Shown: in pieces, positions 50,479-63,439 of the stretch
Layout of the letters: every line of letters begins with the position of its first letter
Numbering within the stretch: position 1 is the first letter of the stretch
Assembly: GCF_963921235.1 (NCBI RefSeq)
Contig: NC_086102.1
Span: forward strand, 28,644,001-28,708,000
Reading direction: 5' to 3'
From: Mobula hypostoma
Taxonomy: Eukaryota
Length of the DNA: 64,000 bases
Made by a program: the position numbers and the translations under genes
The notes under the pieces: model-generated
Told to the model about the DNA's origin: nothing
The model's input: only the letters and a program-made list of their open reading frames with translations
Databases searched by the model: none

Positions 50479-51061
50479 GTAGGGCGTAATGACATCTGTT
50501 TGTTTCAAATAGCAGGATTAAGCCCTGTTTATCTCAGCAAAAGTTGTGGATTTACTTGGCCATCACTGTGCATGCCTGAGTTTCTCATTGCATTCAATGC
50601 TCAGAGGACCTGGCAGGAAGCCACAGACTTTGTGGCTTTTAGAGAAAATCCACAATTTTCCTTTGTGATTTATTTTTTAATGAATTGGATTTGAAGTTGG
50701 TTTATTATTTGTTATATGTACTGAGATACAGTGAAAAGCTTGTCTTGCATGATGAAATTGAACCTTCAAGTGTATGAAAACATTGTACGATGGAATTGAA
50801 TTTCTAGGCAAATCTGTTTGATTGATTTTGTTTGGTGCAATAATATTACCGAGCAGAAGGAGAATTCCCTTTTCTTTTGGGAAAAAATGTAATGTATAGG
50901 AATATTTAATGTTCTCCTGAGAGGACATCAGGACCATTTTTCCCAAACTGAAGGAAAACATCTCACATGATGCACTCGGCTGCCATCCTATATTTTATTG
51001 TCGAGTATCAAATGGAACTCAAAATTACTGTCATCCAATTTACATGTACGATCACTGCCAC

Positions 51062-51537
51062 TGATACTATAGATAGAGTGCAGAGGAGATTTACAAAGAT
51101 GTTGCCTGGATTAGAGAGCATGCCCTATGAGAATAGGTTGAGTGAACTTGGCCTTTACTCTTTGGAGCGACAGAGGATGAGGGGTGACCTGACAGAGGTG
51201 TATAAGATAATGAGGGGGATTGATCATGTCAATAGACAGAGGCTTTTTCCCAGGTCTGAAATGGGCTAACATGAGAGGGCATAGCTTGGAAGTAGGTACA
51301 AAGGGGATGTCAAATGTAAGTTTTTCACACAGAGAGTGGCGGGTGCATGGAATGCACTGCCATTGACAGTGGTAGAGGTGGATACAATAGGGTCTTTTAA
51401 GTGACTCTTGGATAGGTACATGAAGCTTAGGGAAATAGAGGGGTATGCGGTAGGGAAATTCTAGAATAGGCTATGTGATCGGCACAACATTGTGTGCCAA
51501 AGGGCCTGTAATGTGCTGTAGGTTTCTATGTTCTATG
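51062..51537 (+). mobile_element. CR1 LINE 3' fragment
   Basis: RVQRRFTKMLPGLE...SLERQRMRGDLTEVYKI; TTCTATG tail. Confidence 0.8.
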
Positions 51538-52227
51538 AAACATGAGTACAAACCCATTTGAGAAAAGAGGTTGTTCACAGGTGGCGCTGCTGCTTCACTA
51601 ATTTCGGAGACCAGAGTTCGATCCTGACCTTGGGTGCTGTCTGTGTGGAGTTTGCATGTTCCCACAGTAACTGTGTTGGTTTCTCTCTGGTTGCTATGGA
51701 ATCAGAATTGGGTTTATTATCACAGACGTATGTTGTGCAACTTGCTTTTTTTTTGTGGCGGCAATACAGTGCAAGACAAAACAATTACTGCAAGCTACAA
51801 AAATGAATAAATAAATAGTGCAAATAGTTCCCTCCCACTTGCTAAAGATGGGTTGGTTCAATTGGCTTCTATAAATTGTTCCTAGCTTAGTTATGTGGCA
51901 AAAGAATTGAAGTCAGATTCACAGAGTAGTACAGCATGGAAACAGGCCCTTTGGCCCATCTCAGGCATGCTGATCACAATGTCCATCTAAGATAATCCCA
52001 CTTGCCTGCATTTGGCCCATATGTCTAATTCGGAAATAGTTGGTGGGGATGCGATAAGGAAAATAGGACTGGCATAAATTAGGTGCTTGGATTCAGTGCG
52101 ATGTACAACTCCAATGACAAGTCAAGTAACACCGGACAACAAATTTTTTCAAAAGTGTTGCTTCCTCAGGCATTTTTCTTTGTTTATGATAGACCGCACA
52201 AAGCTGAGCACAAATGTAATAAATTTG

Positions 52228-52550
52228 GGGTGGCACGGCAGCAGCATAGTGGTTACACAATGCATTACAGTACCAGCGAGCTGGGTTCAGTTCCCGCTGC
52301 TGCCTGTAATGTGTTTGTATTTTCTCCCCGTGACTGCGTGGGTTTTCTCTGGGTGCTCTGATTTCCTTCCACAGCTTGAAGACATTCCTGTTGGCTGTTT
52401 AGTTGGCCATTGTAAATTGTGCTGTGATTAGGCTAGGATTAAATCAGGGGATTGCTGGGCAGCATGGCTTGAAGGGGCAAAAGGGCCTATTCCACACTGG
52501 AATAAATAAATAGATAGATAAATAGATATGTAAGTAAATAAATAAATAAA
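52228..52550 (+). mobile_element. HE1/V-type SINE, full length
   Basis: GGGTGGCACGGCAGCAGCATAGTGGTTA head, GGGTTCAGTTCCC B box, V-domain, (AAAT)n tail. Confidence 0.75.
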
Positions 52551-54481
52551 GTCAGTCCACTTGTATCATGTAGGAACTTGGAGAAATAAGAAATTAACTA
52601 TTGAATATAATGCATTTAATTGCATAACAGAGCTGACAGCTTGCAATTGTTCAACTAAGCTAAAAATGTGTTATTGATGATTTTTGTTTGTACTTAGTAT
52701 CTGAGGCTCCTTGCTTACATGTCCAACAATAATCGGCTAGCATTGATGGATTCCAGTTGCCCTGATACCGTTTCTCCATGACCTCCAATGTCCTGGAGAA
52801 ACCTTTCACCATGCCCATCCCTGACAGTGCCAAGATTTGCAGGAAAGAAGCCTAAGTAGGAATGCAGAAAATTAATCTTTAGTGACATGTTGTACCTCGT
52901 CGTTTTGTGTGCCTGAAGCACGTTGTTAATCAGCTGCGTGTAGCTTGGTGCACTGTAGTTGCCAAGAAAATTTTCAACATGTGATTTTCTCCAGTCCCAC
53001 TAGAAGTTCCTTGAATTGCCTGCCATTGATAACCTGTTGGATTTGTGGACCAACAAAAATGCCTTTCTTGGCATCAGTTTTTCTGACTCAAATTATGAAC
53101 TGAAATAACAAATATAGGTGATTTCAAAAAAATGGTATGTGATAGGGATATCTCATGGTGCTTTTCATAATCAGCAGCCCAAAAATCCATAAAATACACC
53201 TAAAAGCACTGAGGAAACAAAATCTATGTTGTCCAGAGTAATCATCCATAAATGCTGGCATGGTTCTCCCCTGTTGTCAGAAGAATACCCGTAAAACAAA
53301 TACTATATGATTCACCAGAATATGCATGGTTTCTTTCATGTTCCCATCAGAAGCTGCAATTTCAGTAGAGCTTCTGCTAATTAAACAAAAATGTTCAAGG
53401 CAGACACCTATCGGCAATTGAGTTTCAAGCCCAGCCCTGCTGTTCATAAACATTATTGCACAGAAGGTGTTAGATGTAAGGATGCAAACCAAGTCACTGG
53501 AGATTTAGAGATTCACTTCAAATTAAAATCACAGAAGATTAACAGCCGCCCGCAAGAAGGAACAATATATTTGACATCCAGTATATTGTGGCAGGATACA
53601 AAGCCACAGGGAAAATTGGATTCTGAGTCGGATTTGCACCTGCCCTGATGATTGGAGGGTAGATTTTGACAGAGGTTTTAGAATAACTCAAATTGTTATC
53701 ATCATCTCTTTTGATTGCTTTCATCTCTGTCAGGAATGTAGCATGGTGTAAAATAGAAGGTCCCTTAAAGGAAGGCAGAAACACTAAGGCAATGTGAAAA
53801 AAAAGATAGATTGTATGCAGCTGTTAACTTAGGACTGATGCAAATCTATCCATCAGATTCTGATGATGACAGACAGTCATGACAGACTGCCGTTGGGGAA
53901 AGAAAGATCTTAACCTTAGTCACTGTATTGAAAAGAAAACTATTTCACCAGAGTGTGGTGAAATAAAACAACCTTACAAAATCGTTCATATAGGAAGCAG
54001 TGTACCTGGTCCACCAAAAATAGCAATGCTAAAAAACAAACATACAAACAAATGGGATAGAATCAGAAGTAGGACCTGACCCTTTCACCCTGCTCTGCCT
54101 TTCACGACATAAGCCAGTGATATTAAACAAGATTCTGATTCTGATAAGTCTGTGACTGATCCATTTGGGGCCATTGATCGCTATTCAGTCCCTGAACCTT
54201 ATCAAGCATCTTTCTAACTCTGTCTTAATGATAATCAAATACCCTGCTTTCACCGCTCATTGAAGAAAGCAATCCAAAATTTCACAACCCTCAGAGAGAA
54301 GAAATTTTGCCTCACCTGTGTCCTAAATGGGTGACCCCTTGTTTTAGTTCCTCCCAATGGAAATGGACTCTCCACAACCACTCTTGATTATGATCCTTCA
54401 AGACCTTGCATGGTTAAGTCAAGTTCCCTCTCACTCTTTGAAACGCCTCTGGATACAGATTGAGTCCATCCAAACTCTTGG

Positions 54482-54953
54482 AAGTCAAAGTCAAAGTAAA
54501 TTTATTATCAAAGAATGCTTATGTCACTATATACAACGATGTGATTTTTTTTGCAGACATTTATAGGAAAGTTAAGAAATACAATAGAATTTATGAAAAA
54601 CTACATATACATAAATAATTACCGACCACCTATGTGTAAATATAACTTGTGCAAATATAAAAGAAGGTAATGCTGAGAGCACGAGTTACAGAGTATTTCA
54701 AAGTGAGTCTATAGGTTGTGGAATCAGTTCAGGATTGTTGTGAGTTATGCACACTTGTTCAGGAGCCTAATGGTTGAAGGGTAATAACTGGAGGTGTGGG
54801 ACCTCCTGCCTGATGCAGGTAGTGAGAAGAGAGCATGGCCTGGGTGGTGGAGGTCCCTGATGATGGATGCTGCTTTCTTGTGGCAGTGCTCCATGTAAGT
54901 GTACTCGATGGTGGGAGGGGCTTGCCTGTGATGGACTGGGCTGTATGCACCAC
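54482..54953 (-). mobile_element. Rex1/Babar LINE 3' fragment
   Basis: VHTAQSITGKPLP..., (TTTGAC)n tail. Confidence 0.65.
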
Positions 54954-55338
54954 TTCAAATGTCGGTCACTTCAACCTTTCCTCATAAGACAATCCAGCCA
55001 ATCCAGGACTAAGTCTATTATGTTTTGTCAGAACGGCTTTCAACATGCAGACATTCCTCCTTAAAAATGAGGCCAATATCATACAATGCACAGAATCCAG
55101 ATGTGATCTCACTAATGCCCTCTATCAATGAACTGTAACCTCTTACTTTTGTGTTTGATAACAACAATGTATTCTTACCTTTCCCAATTATTTACCAAAT
55201 TATTGGTAATTGTTTCCCAATTACCTGTATAGGAGCCTTTCTGTGAACCATGCATTCAGAAAGGGCCAAACTGAAAAGGTATTGAAAGCCATAAAGTGGG
55301 CTGGACAGCTTGGAGTTAGTAATAGGCATCAGGATCTG

Positions 55339-55569
55339 AGTCAGGGCAGTGATTAGGTATGTGGGTGGATACGGTGGGGGTGTGGAGATTGGGGTCTCTG
55401 CTTTACAGTCTCAGGGGACTGGTGGGTCAATATCCATGCCTTGGATTCAGTCAGGGCAGTGATTAGGTATGTGGGTGGATACGGTGGGGGTGTGGAGATT
55501 GGGGTCTCTGCTTTACAGTCTCAGGGGACTGGTGGGTCAATACCCATGCCTTGGATTCAGTCAGGGCAG
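55339..55569. repeat. 110-bp tandem duplication (2.1 copies)
   Basis: Units start at 55339, 55449 and 55559 (partial); one mismatch seen (TATCC vs TACCC). Confidence 0.93.
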
Positions 55570-55616
55570 ATTCACAGAGCACTGCAGCATAGAAATACAG
55601 CATTTGGACCACCTTT

Positions 55617-55818
55617 GCCGGCCAGTGGTGTAGTGGCATCCGCACCGGACTTTGAAGTGAGCGAACTCAAATCCAGCTGGCTCCTTGATGCTGTCCATCC
55701 GTGTTGAGTTTAGCACTGAGCTACCAACTTGGCCTTATAAAAAACAGACAAATGCTAAAGAGGTGGCAAGGTTGCCGGCCATTGATCCAGAAGGTATGGA
55801 GAGAATCAACAACAACGA
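55617..55818 (+). mobile_element. tRNA-derived SINE with (AAC)n tail
   Basis: GCCGGCCAGTGGTGTAGTGG A-box head, degenerate B box, ends in CAACAACAAC. Confidence 0.5.
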
Positions 55819-57799
55819 CATTCGACTCATCTAGTCTGTGCTGAACTGTTATTCTGCTTAGCCCCATTGACCTACAACCTGGACTATAGCCTTCCATACC
55901 CCTCCCATCCACGTACTTATCCAAACTTCTCTTAAATATTAAAATGAAATCTGCATCCACCACATTCACTGCAGCACATTCCTCTCGTAACACCCTCTGA
56001 ATGAAGAAGCTCCCCCTCTGGTTCCCCTTAAACTCTTTGGTACGAAAGTCAAATTCTGCCCGGGAGTAACCAATGACCAGGCAACTTAGTCTAATTTCCC
56101 AGAAGAAGCACTGAACAATGAGCAATGTGTGTGTGTGTGTGACTGATGCAGTAATCATGTCAAGACCAAGATTTAACTACTCCGGAATTTGCATTGTGTA
56201 ATTTCTGGATGGATGGGAGTGATTCAGATGCTCATTGCTGCATTTCGTTCAAGTAATGCTCATTTTCTATCAGGCAACACTGATAAAATGTGTTACGTTG
56301 ACTGATTTTCTAGTCCCAAATGCCAAAATAGATGAGTGTTATCAGCCTGTGCAAAATTGTAAAAATTATCTGGTTTTATTATTTCATAATGAACTTAAAT
56401 TAACTAGATTAAAGCTTTTATTAAAAGTTAATTCAAAAGTGAGGAACAGCTGATAGATATGACCCAAAGTAACCAAACTTCATTGAGTTACAATCTAATT
56501 TCAACCTTTAAGGATGCTTTAGTTAACTTTAATGTTGTATTTGTTAATAATAAGCAGAACAAGCAGGTTTTTTTTTGCGGTTCTATCCCATAGCTCAGAG
56601 CTGTTTAGAATCCTCAGAGCCTGTGGAGTACCTGCCTAGCAAGTAGTGTTGCACGCAGCTTGATTCACAGGATTTGGTTGTGGGATATCAGACCTTGCCC
56701 CTTCAAATACTTCAGTTCTGAGCAACTGTGATTCGCTTACTCAACAGTCTGGTTGACCAGTACTTTGATACCTTAACCCACTTGTATTGTGGAGTGATAG
56801 AGTGCAGGTTGTTACTGTTTATGTTGTTGGTCTCAGGTTTCTGCCAGAATTCCCAGGCAAGGGGATGGATTAAACCACCCATCAGTTATACATTACCTAT
56901 TACCCAGCTTGTGAACACAACAGGCAGAAATTTTAAACACATGACTTGTGCACATTCAATTGGGAACTCAGTGAAGGAGTAATACCAGATGTATTGGGGT
57001 ATTGGGAAGAAACATTTAAAAAACTGAAATACATGGATCAGTGTTGAAAGCTATATAAATGAAGATAAGTCAGTTTTGTTAATGACTTGTTCATACATGT
57101 TTCTGAACTGTTCGCAATTTCTTTAATCCCACATCATTCTTTTCTCACATGTTCAGGTTAGATTGTGCTCAATTACATTGAAATTATTGGTGTGAACAAC
57201 ATTTGGTAATTATTTAGGGAACAAATAATCTTACTTAAATATTCTTACATTATACCACAAGATGCCTTCTTGACTTCATCAGTATCAAACCATGTGGACA
57301 ATAATAATTATGGATGTCAGTCTTGTACACTTCAAGCTACTGGAAAATTCGCCTTGTCACAGGTTGAAAGCTTAAGGGCATTGGTTGGCCAGCCTGTTTC
57401 AAATTCTCAGTACCTTTGCTAATGCTCCCAATTTTGATTTATTTTCTTTGACTTAGGTTCCAGGTATTGCTTTAGCCTTCTTCTAGTTCAGGCAGATCAC
57501 AGAGCTAATCCCCAGGAGGACAATTGAAAAATCCCACAGCTGGAACAAAGAATGCTTATAGCTAAATAGTCAGCCAGCTAGGCATCTCTGTCTGACAATA
57601 TGTTCTTCCCACCCAACTGGAAAACAAAAAAATGTCAGCTTTAGCTGTCTATTAGAATTTCTATTAAAGGCCCTGGATAATCAAAAGAAATGTAATCGTT
57701 GTCAAACAGTTGTGCTGCACTTCAGCATCCATATCTTTCAGCTTCTACTACCTGTGCCCATCTGCCTTTGGGTGTCAGTGCTACCTGAACTGTGAATAA

Positions 57800-58008
57800 A
57801 TGGGGCAGCCCACAAGTGTCACCATGATTTTGTGCCAATTTAGCATGCCCATAACTTATTAACCTTAACCGTACACCTTTGGAATGTGGCAGGAAACTGG
57901 AACACCTGGAGGAAACCCACCATCACAGGGAGAACGTAGCGGCAGAAATCAACCCCCAATTAGTGATTGCTCCACTGTAAAATTATTGCACTAACTGCTA
58001 ATCTACCA
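57800..58008 (-). mobile_element. V-type SINE
   Basis: TTTGGAATGTGGCAGGAAACTGGAACACCTGGAGGAAACCCAC V-domain on the minus strand. Confidence 0.6.
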
Positions 58009-58134
58009 ACCTGTCCGTGATGGATCATAAAGGACCTGACAGTAATCTCAAATCCAATAGTCATTGATCTGCAGTAACTTTTCATTTCCTCGTTTATTAA
58101 ATATTTAAACTTATTGGGCTTAAGAGTATTCAAG

Positions 58135-58245
58135 CACTTGCCAGTCCACCCAGCTGAAAATGGGTACCGACAAATGCTGGGGAGTCTCGTACTCTCAGTC
58201 GCTTCATGCTGCAGAAACCGGCATAAGGGCCACAAGGCTCGGGAC
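58135..58245 (+). mobile_element. Internal fragment of a CORE-like SINE
   Basis: GTCCACCCAGCTGAAAATGGGTACC and AGTCGCTTCATGCTGCAGAAACCGG motifs recalled from CORE-type SINE bodies. Confidence 0.4.
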
Positions 58246-58395
58246 AGACTTTACCTTTAACTGTTCAGGGAGAGAAATAAATAATCAATTCATCTTTATC
58301 TTAACTTACCTCCAGACAGTGCACACTAGCTTTAGAATTTATTATCAGTGCAAACATCCTCTCTTCATCCATCCTGTTTAGATCCTTCATGATTC

Positions 58396-58662
58396 AGATG
58401 TGGAGAAATTTCTTCAGCCAGAGAGTGGTGAATTTGTGGAATTTGTTGCCATGTGCAGCTATGGATGCCAAGTCGCTGGGTGTATTTAAGGCAAAGGTTG
58501 ATAGGTTCTTGATTAGATGTGGCATCAAAGGTTACGGGGAGAAGGCCGGGAAATGGGGTTGAGGAGGAGAAAAAAAGAATCAGGCATGATTGAATGGTGG
58601 AGCAGACTCGATGGGCCAAATTGCCTAATTCTGCTCCTATGTCTTATGGTCTTATGATCTTA
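58396..58662 (+). mobile_element. CR1 3' tail, tail-to-tail with the CR1 at 58669-60963
   Basis: Nearly the same as 46760-47020; (TCTTATGG)n tail. Confidence 0.78.
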
Positions 58663-58668
58663 TATAAT

Positions 58669-60963
58669 ATAGAAACATAGAAACATAGAAAATAGGTGCA
58701 GGAGTAGTCCATTCGGCCCTTCGAGCCTGCACCACCATTTATTATGATCATGGCTGATCATCCAACTCAGAACCCTGCCCCAGCCTTCCCTCCATACCCC
58801 CTGATCCCCATAGCCACAAGGGCCATATCTAACTCCCTCTTAAATATAGCCAATGAACTGGCCTCAACTGTTTCCTGTGGCAGAGAATTCCACAGATTCA
58901 CCACTCTCTGTGTGAAGAAGTTTTTCCTCATCTCGGTCCTAAAAGGCTTCCCCTTTATCCTCAAACTGTGACCCCTAGTTTTGGACTTCCCCAACATCGG
59001 GAACAATCTTCCTGCGTCTAGCCTGTCCAATCCCTTTAGGATCTTATACGTTTCAATCAGATCCCCCCTCAATCTTCTATATTCCAACGAGTACAAGCCC
59101 AGTTCATCCAGTTTTTCTTCATATGGAAGTCCTGCCATCCCAGGAATCAATCTGGTGAACCTTCTTTGTACTCCCTCTATGGCAAGGATGTCTTTCCTCA
59201 GATTAGGGGACCAAAACTGCACACAATACTCCAAGTGTGGTCTCACCAAGGCCTTGTACAACTGCAGTAGTACCTCCCTGCTCCTGTACTCGAATCCTCT
59301 CGCTATAAATGCCAGCATACCATTTGCCTTTTTCACCGCCTGCTGTACCTGCATGCCCACTTTCAATGACTGGTGTATAATGACACCCAGGTCTCGTTGC
59401 ACCTCCCCTTTTCCTAATCGGCCACCATTCAGATAATAATCTGTTTTCCTATTTTTGCCACCAAAGTGGATAACTTCACATTTATCCACATTTAAATTGC
59501 ATCTGCCATGAATTTGCCCAACCTATCCAAGTCACCCTGCATCCTCTTAGCATCCTCCTCACAGCTAACACTGCCACCCAGCTTCGTGTCATCTGCAAAC
59601 TTGGAGATGCTGCATTTAATTCCCTCATCCAAGTCATTAATATATATTGTAAACAACTGGGGTCCCAGCACTGAGCCTTGCGGTACCCCACTAGTCACCG
59701 CCTGCCATTCTGAAAAGGTCCCGTTTATTCCCACTCTTTGCTTCCTGTCTGCTAACCAATTCTCTATCCACATCAATACCTTACCCCCAATACCGTGTGC
59801 TTTAAGTTTGCACACTAATCTCTTGTGTGGGACCTTGTCAAAAGCCTTTTGAAAATCCAAATATACCACATCCACTGGTTCTCCCCATCCACTCTACTAG
59901 GTACATCCTCAAAAAATTCTATGAGATTCGTCAGACATGATTTTCCTTTCACAAATCCATGCTGACTTTGTCCAATGATTTCACCGCTTTCCAAATGTGC
60001 TGTTATCACATCTTTGATAACTGACTGCAGCAGTTTCCCCACCACCGACGTTAGGCTAACCGGTCTATAATTCCCCGGTTTCTCTCTCCCTCCTTTTTTA
60101 AAAAGTGGGGTTACATTAGCCACCCTCCAATCCTCAGGAACTAGTCCAGAATCTAATGAGTTTTGAAAAATTATCACTAATGCATCCACTATTTCTTGGG
60201 CTACTTCCTTAAGCACTCTGGGATGCAGACCATCTGGCCCTGGGGATTTATCTGCCTTCAATCCCTTCAATTTACCTAACACCACTTCCCTACTAACATG
60301 TATTTCGCTCAGTTCCTCCATCTCACTGGACCCTCTGTCCCCTACTATTTCTGGAAGATTATTTATGTCCTCCTTAGTGAAGACAGAACCAAAGTAATTA
60401 TTCAATTGGTCTGCCATGTCCTTGCTCCCCATAATCAATTCACCTGTTTCTGTCTGTAGGGGACCTACATTTGTCTTTACCAGTCTTTTCCTTTTTACAT
60501 ATCTATAAAAGCTTTTACAGTCAGTTTTTATGTTCCCTGCCAGTTTTCTCTCATAATCTTTTTTCCCCTTCCTAGTTAAGCCCTTTGTCCTCCTCTGCTG
60601 AACTCTGAATTTCTCCCAGTCCTCAGGTGAGCCACTTTTTCTGGCTAATTTGTATGCTACTTCTTTGGAATTGATACTATCCCTAATTTCTCTTGTCAGC
60701 CACGGGTGCACTACCTTCCTTGATTTATTCTTTTGCCAAACTGGGATGAACAATTGTTGTAGTTCATCCATGCAATCTTTAAATGCTTGCCATTGCATAT
60801 CCACCGTCAATCCTTTGAGTGTCATTTGCCAGTCTATCTTAGCTAATTCACGTCTCATACCTTCAAAGTTACCCCTCTAAGTTCAGAACCTTTGTTTCTG
60901 AATTAACTATGTCACTCTCCATCTTAATGAAGAATTCCACCATATTATGGTCACTCTTACCCA
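58669..60963 (-). mobile_element. CR1-clade LINE, 5'-truncated young copy of the same subfamily as 2186-4418
   Basis: ORFs 59815-60858, 59492-59875 and 58767-59489 with RT motifs (KFADDTK); same 8-bp tail repeat; several frameshifts. Confidence 0.95.
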
Positions 60964-61401
60964 TATATTTCAGATTCCTGTGCCTCTCTCTTCTTAACTC
61001 CAGCATTACAAATCTGTCTGAGTAGCATCTACAGAATCTCCTGTATTTATCATAAGACAATCTGTCCTTTCCAAGTATTAGTCTAGTAAAGCTCTCTGAA
61101 CCGCATGCAATGTATTAACATCCTTTCTTAAATAAGGCCAGTGTGCACAGTACTCCAGATGTGGATCACCAGTGCCCTATATAATTGGAGCACAGCCCTC
61201 CACTTTTCTTTGAAAACTGAAGAGAACCGTCTGCTCTTTTTGCTCAACACATGACATTTACTGTCGCTCCACTGATGAAACAAGAAACAAGCTGGCTAGA
61301 AAAGAGTTCTTCCCTGACTCACCCTCTACGTTTCACGGATGTAACATTTAAATCTACATCCATTTGTGTAGTGTGATGCTATGTTTCGTCTGAAGTTCAC
61401 C

Positions 61402-61665
61402 TTATTTATTGATTGATTGATTTATATTTGGAAATGCAGCTCACAGTAACAGGGTCTTCCGGCCCGACGAGCCTGCACTGCCCAATTACTCCCGTGTATA
61501 ATTAACCTGCTAACCTGTACGTTTCTGGAAGGTGGGAGGAAACTGGAGCATCTGGATGAAACACGTGCTCACAGAGAGAACGCACAAACGCCTTCCAGAC
61601 AGTGGAGGGAATTGAACCTTGGCCGCTGGCACCATAAAGCTAACCACTACTCTACTGTGCTGGCC
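61402..61665 (-). mobile_element. HE1/V-type SINE
   Basis: V-domain plus CTAACCACTACTCTACTGTGCTG head on the minus strand. Confidence 0.65.
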
Positions 61666-61691
61666 TCAGAAGAGAAGCTAATGTGTATGTA

Positions 61692-61884
61692 CAGTACTGT
61701 GCAAAAACCTTACACGCATATATATAGCTAGGGTGTATCATGTCTTTCCAGTTACCAAATAACACTTAATACTACTGAACTAACACAAAGCTAAGTACTC
61801 AAATTTATGTTTCCCAACCACCTTCCTATTTTAACCTACAGTATATTTACATGTGTGTGCCTCAGGCTTTTGTACAGTACTCTG
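61692..61884. mobile_element. Tc1/mariner-type MITE remnant
   Basis: TA|CAGTACTGTGCAAAA at left and TTTTGTACAGTACT at right form imperfect TIRs. Confidence 0.45.
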
Positions 61885-62346
61885 TTGGCTAGTTAGCAGT
61901 CATGGTGTAGAACTATTTTCAAGAGAAACAGAATGATAATTAAAAATGATAGATGAGGATGCTCTACCTGTGGATTTTTAATATTTTTGACCAACTGTCT
62001 AATTTGTCCTCCTGTCAGGTAAAGCCCTGTTGCAAATGATGACATGGAACTTGCTCAATTAAAGTCTGCTGCTTAGCCATATGTTGATCTTATCTCATTC
62101 CTGATCCTGAACAAAGAGCAACAGAATCCGTGTTAACATGAAGACTGGTGCCTAGACTTAAGTAGTTTAGCCTGTCTTCTAATCTCAGTGGTTTATTAAG
62201 TAGCTGCAATTTTAGCAATTGCCTGTTTCCAACAATGGCCTCAAAGGAGCAGGTTTATAAGCACGTTCATTAGGTGATATAGCAGAAGCTAGAATAATGA
62301 TATTCACAGAATTAAAGCAGTCCACATGAAAAAGTAAAATTCTATA

Positions 62347-62917
62347 AATCAGAATCAGGACCAGGTTTAATATCACTGGCATCTGTCTTGAAATTTGTTA
62401 ACTTTTCAACAGCAGTACAATGCAATACATAATAATAGAAAAAAACCTGAATTATATAAAGTATATAAATATTAAATTGTTAAATTAAATTAGTAGTCTA
62501 AAATAGAAATAAAAGAAGTTGTGATGTAGTGTTCATAGGATCAATGTCCATTCGGAAAACAGATAGCAGAGAGCTGTTCCAGAATCATTGAGTGTGTGCC
62601 TTTAGGCTTCTGTACCTCCTTCCTGATGGTAACAATGAGAAGGGGGCACGTCCTGGGTGATGGGAGTCCTTAATAATGGACGCCGCCTTTTTGAGGCATC
62701 GCACCTTGAAGCTGTCCTGGATACTACGGATGCTAGTGCTCATGATAGAGCTGACTGCTCTCTGCAGCTTACTTTGATCCTGTGCAGAAGGCCCTCCATA
62801 CCAGGCTGTGAGGTAGCCACTAGAATGCTCTCCACAGGACATCTGTAGAAATTTTCAAGAGTTTTTGGATGCATACCAAATCTTCTCAAACTCCTAATTA
62901 AATATAGCTGCTGCCTT
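62347..62917 (-). mobile_element. Rex1/Babar LINE 3' fragment
   Basis: ORF 62585-62842 TAWYGG...KAASIIKDSHHPG...LLPSGRRYRSL. Confidence 0.78.
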
Positions 62918-63270
62918 AATTAGAATAAAAGAGCCAAAATGTTGAATTAAAAAATCAAAAATTAAGGACTAGATTATGGCCTCCTTTCTCTCACTGAAGT
63001 GATTAGGCCATTTAATTACATGAGAATTGGATAATGTACGAACACTCTACTCAGTTACTCAGTTTTGAATGAAATGTTGTGGTACTTCGCTGCTGATGTC
63101 TATTGAAAATGATGAGCATTAATTACATTGTGTACTGTTGGAGTGAGTCATATGCTGTTTATCAAAAGCAAACAGCAATTAGTTCTGAAATTTGTTTTCT
63201 CTCTCCTTCCAATGTTCTGGAAAGATAAAAAAGATTGTTGTTAAACATCCAATTGTTTTTACCACTCTAG

Positions 63271-63439
63271 GCTTCATCCAGAGGACTTGAATCAGAGTGT
63301 GGTGCTCCACATGACTGAGAAAATGGGATATAAGCACGCTGAGGTTGTAAACACAGTGCTGTCAAACCGAGCCTCCCACACTCTTTCCATCTACTTTCTG
63401 CTCAATAGGAAATTGGATCACTATTTTAAAAGCATTGGG
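63271..63439 (+). CDS. HUNK: HUNK coding exon 7 (169 nt, UBA/SNH-like domain); gene continues beyond the window
   Basis: ctctag|G CTT CAT; LHPEDLNQSVVLHMTEKMGYKHAEVVNTVLSNRASHTLSIYFLLNRKLDHYFKSIG; donor GGG|gtaagt. Acceptor phase completes the CG+G Arg codon from exon 6. Confidence 0.93.

Noticed and set aside
53391-53648. 85-aa ORF in unique intronic sequence
   Set aside because: No recognisable domain; HUNK exons 6 and 7 already join in phase without it.
53860-53890. CTGATGA-TGAC...GTCA stem
   Set aside because: Followed by TGAC rather than GAAA; no support for a hammerhead or a C/D snoRNA.
55339-55569. CRISPR-like or prokaryotic system
   Set aside because: Plain tandem duplication without spacers; the whole window is spliced vertebrate DNA.
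61277-61300. CTGATGA-AACAA-GAAAC motif
   Set aside because: No stem II, stem I or cleavage triplet; likely chance.
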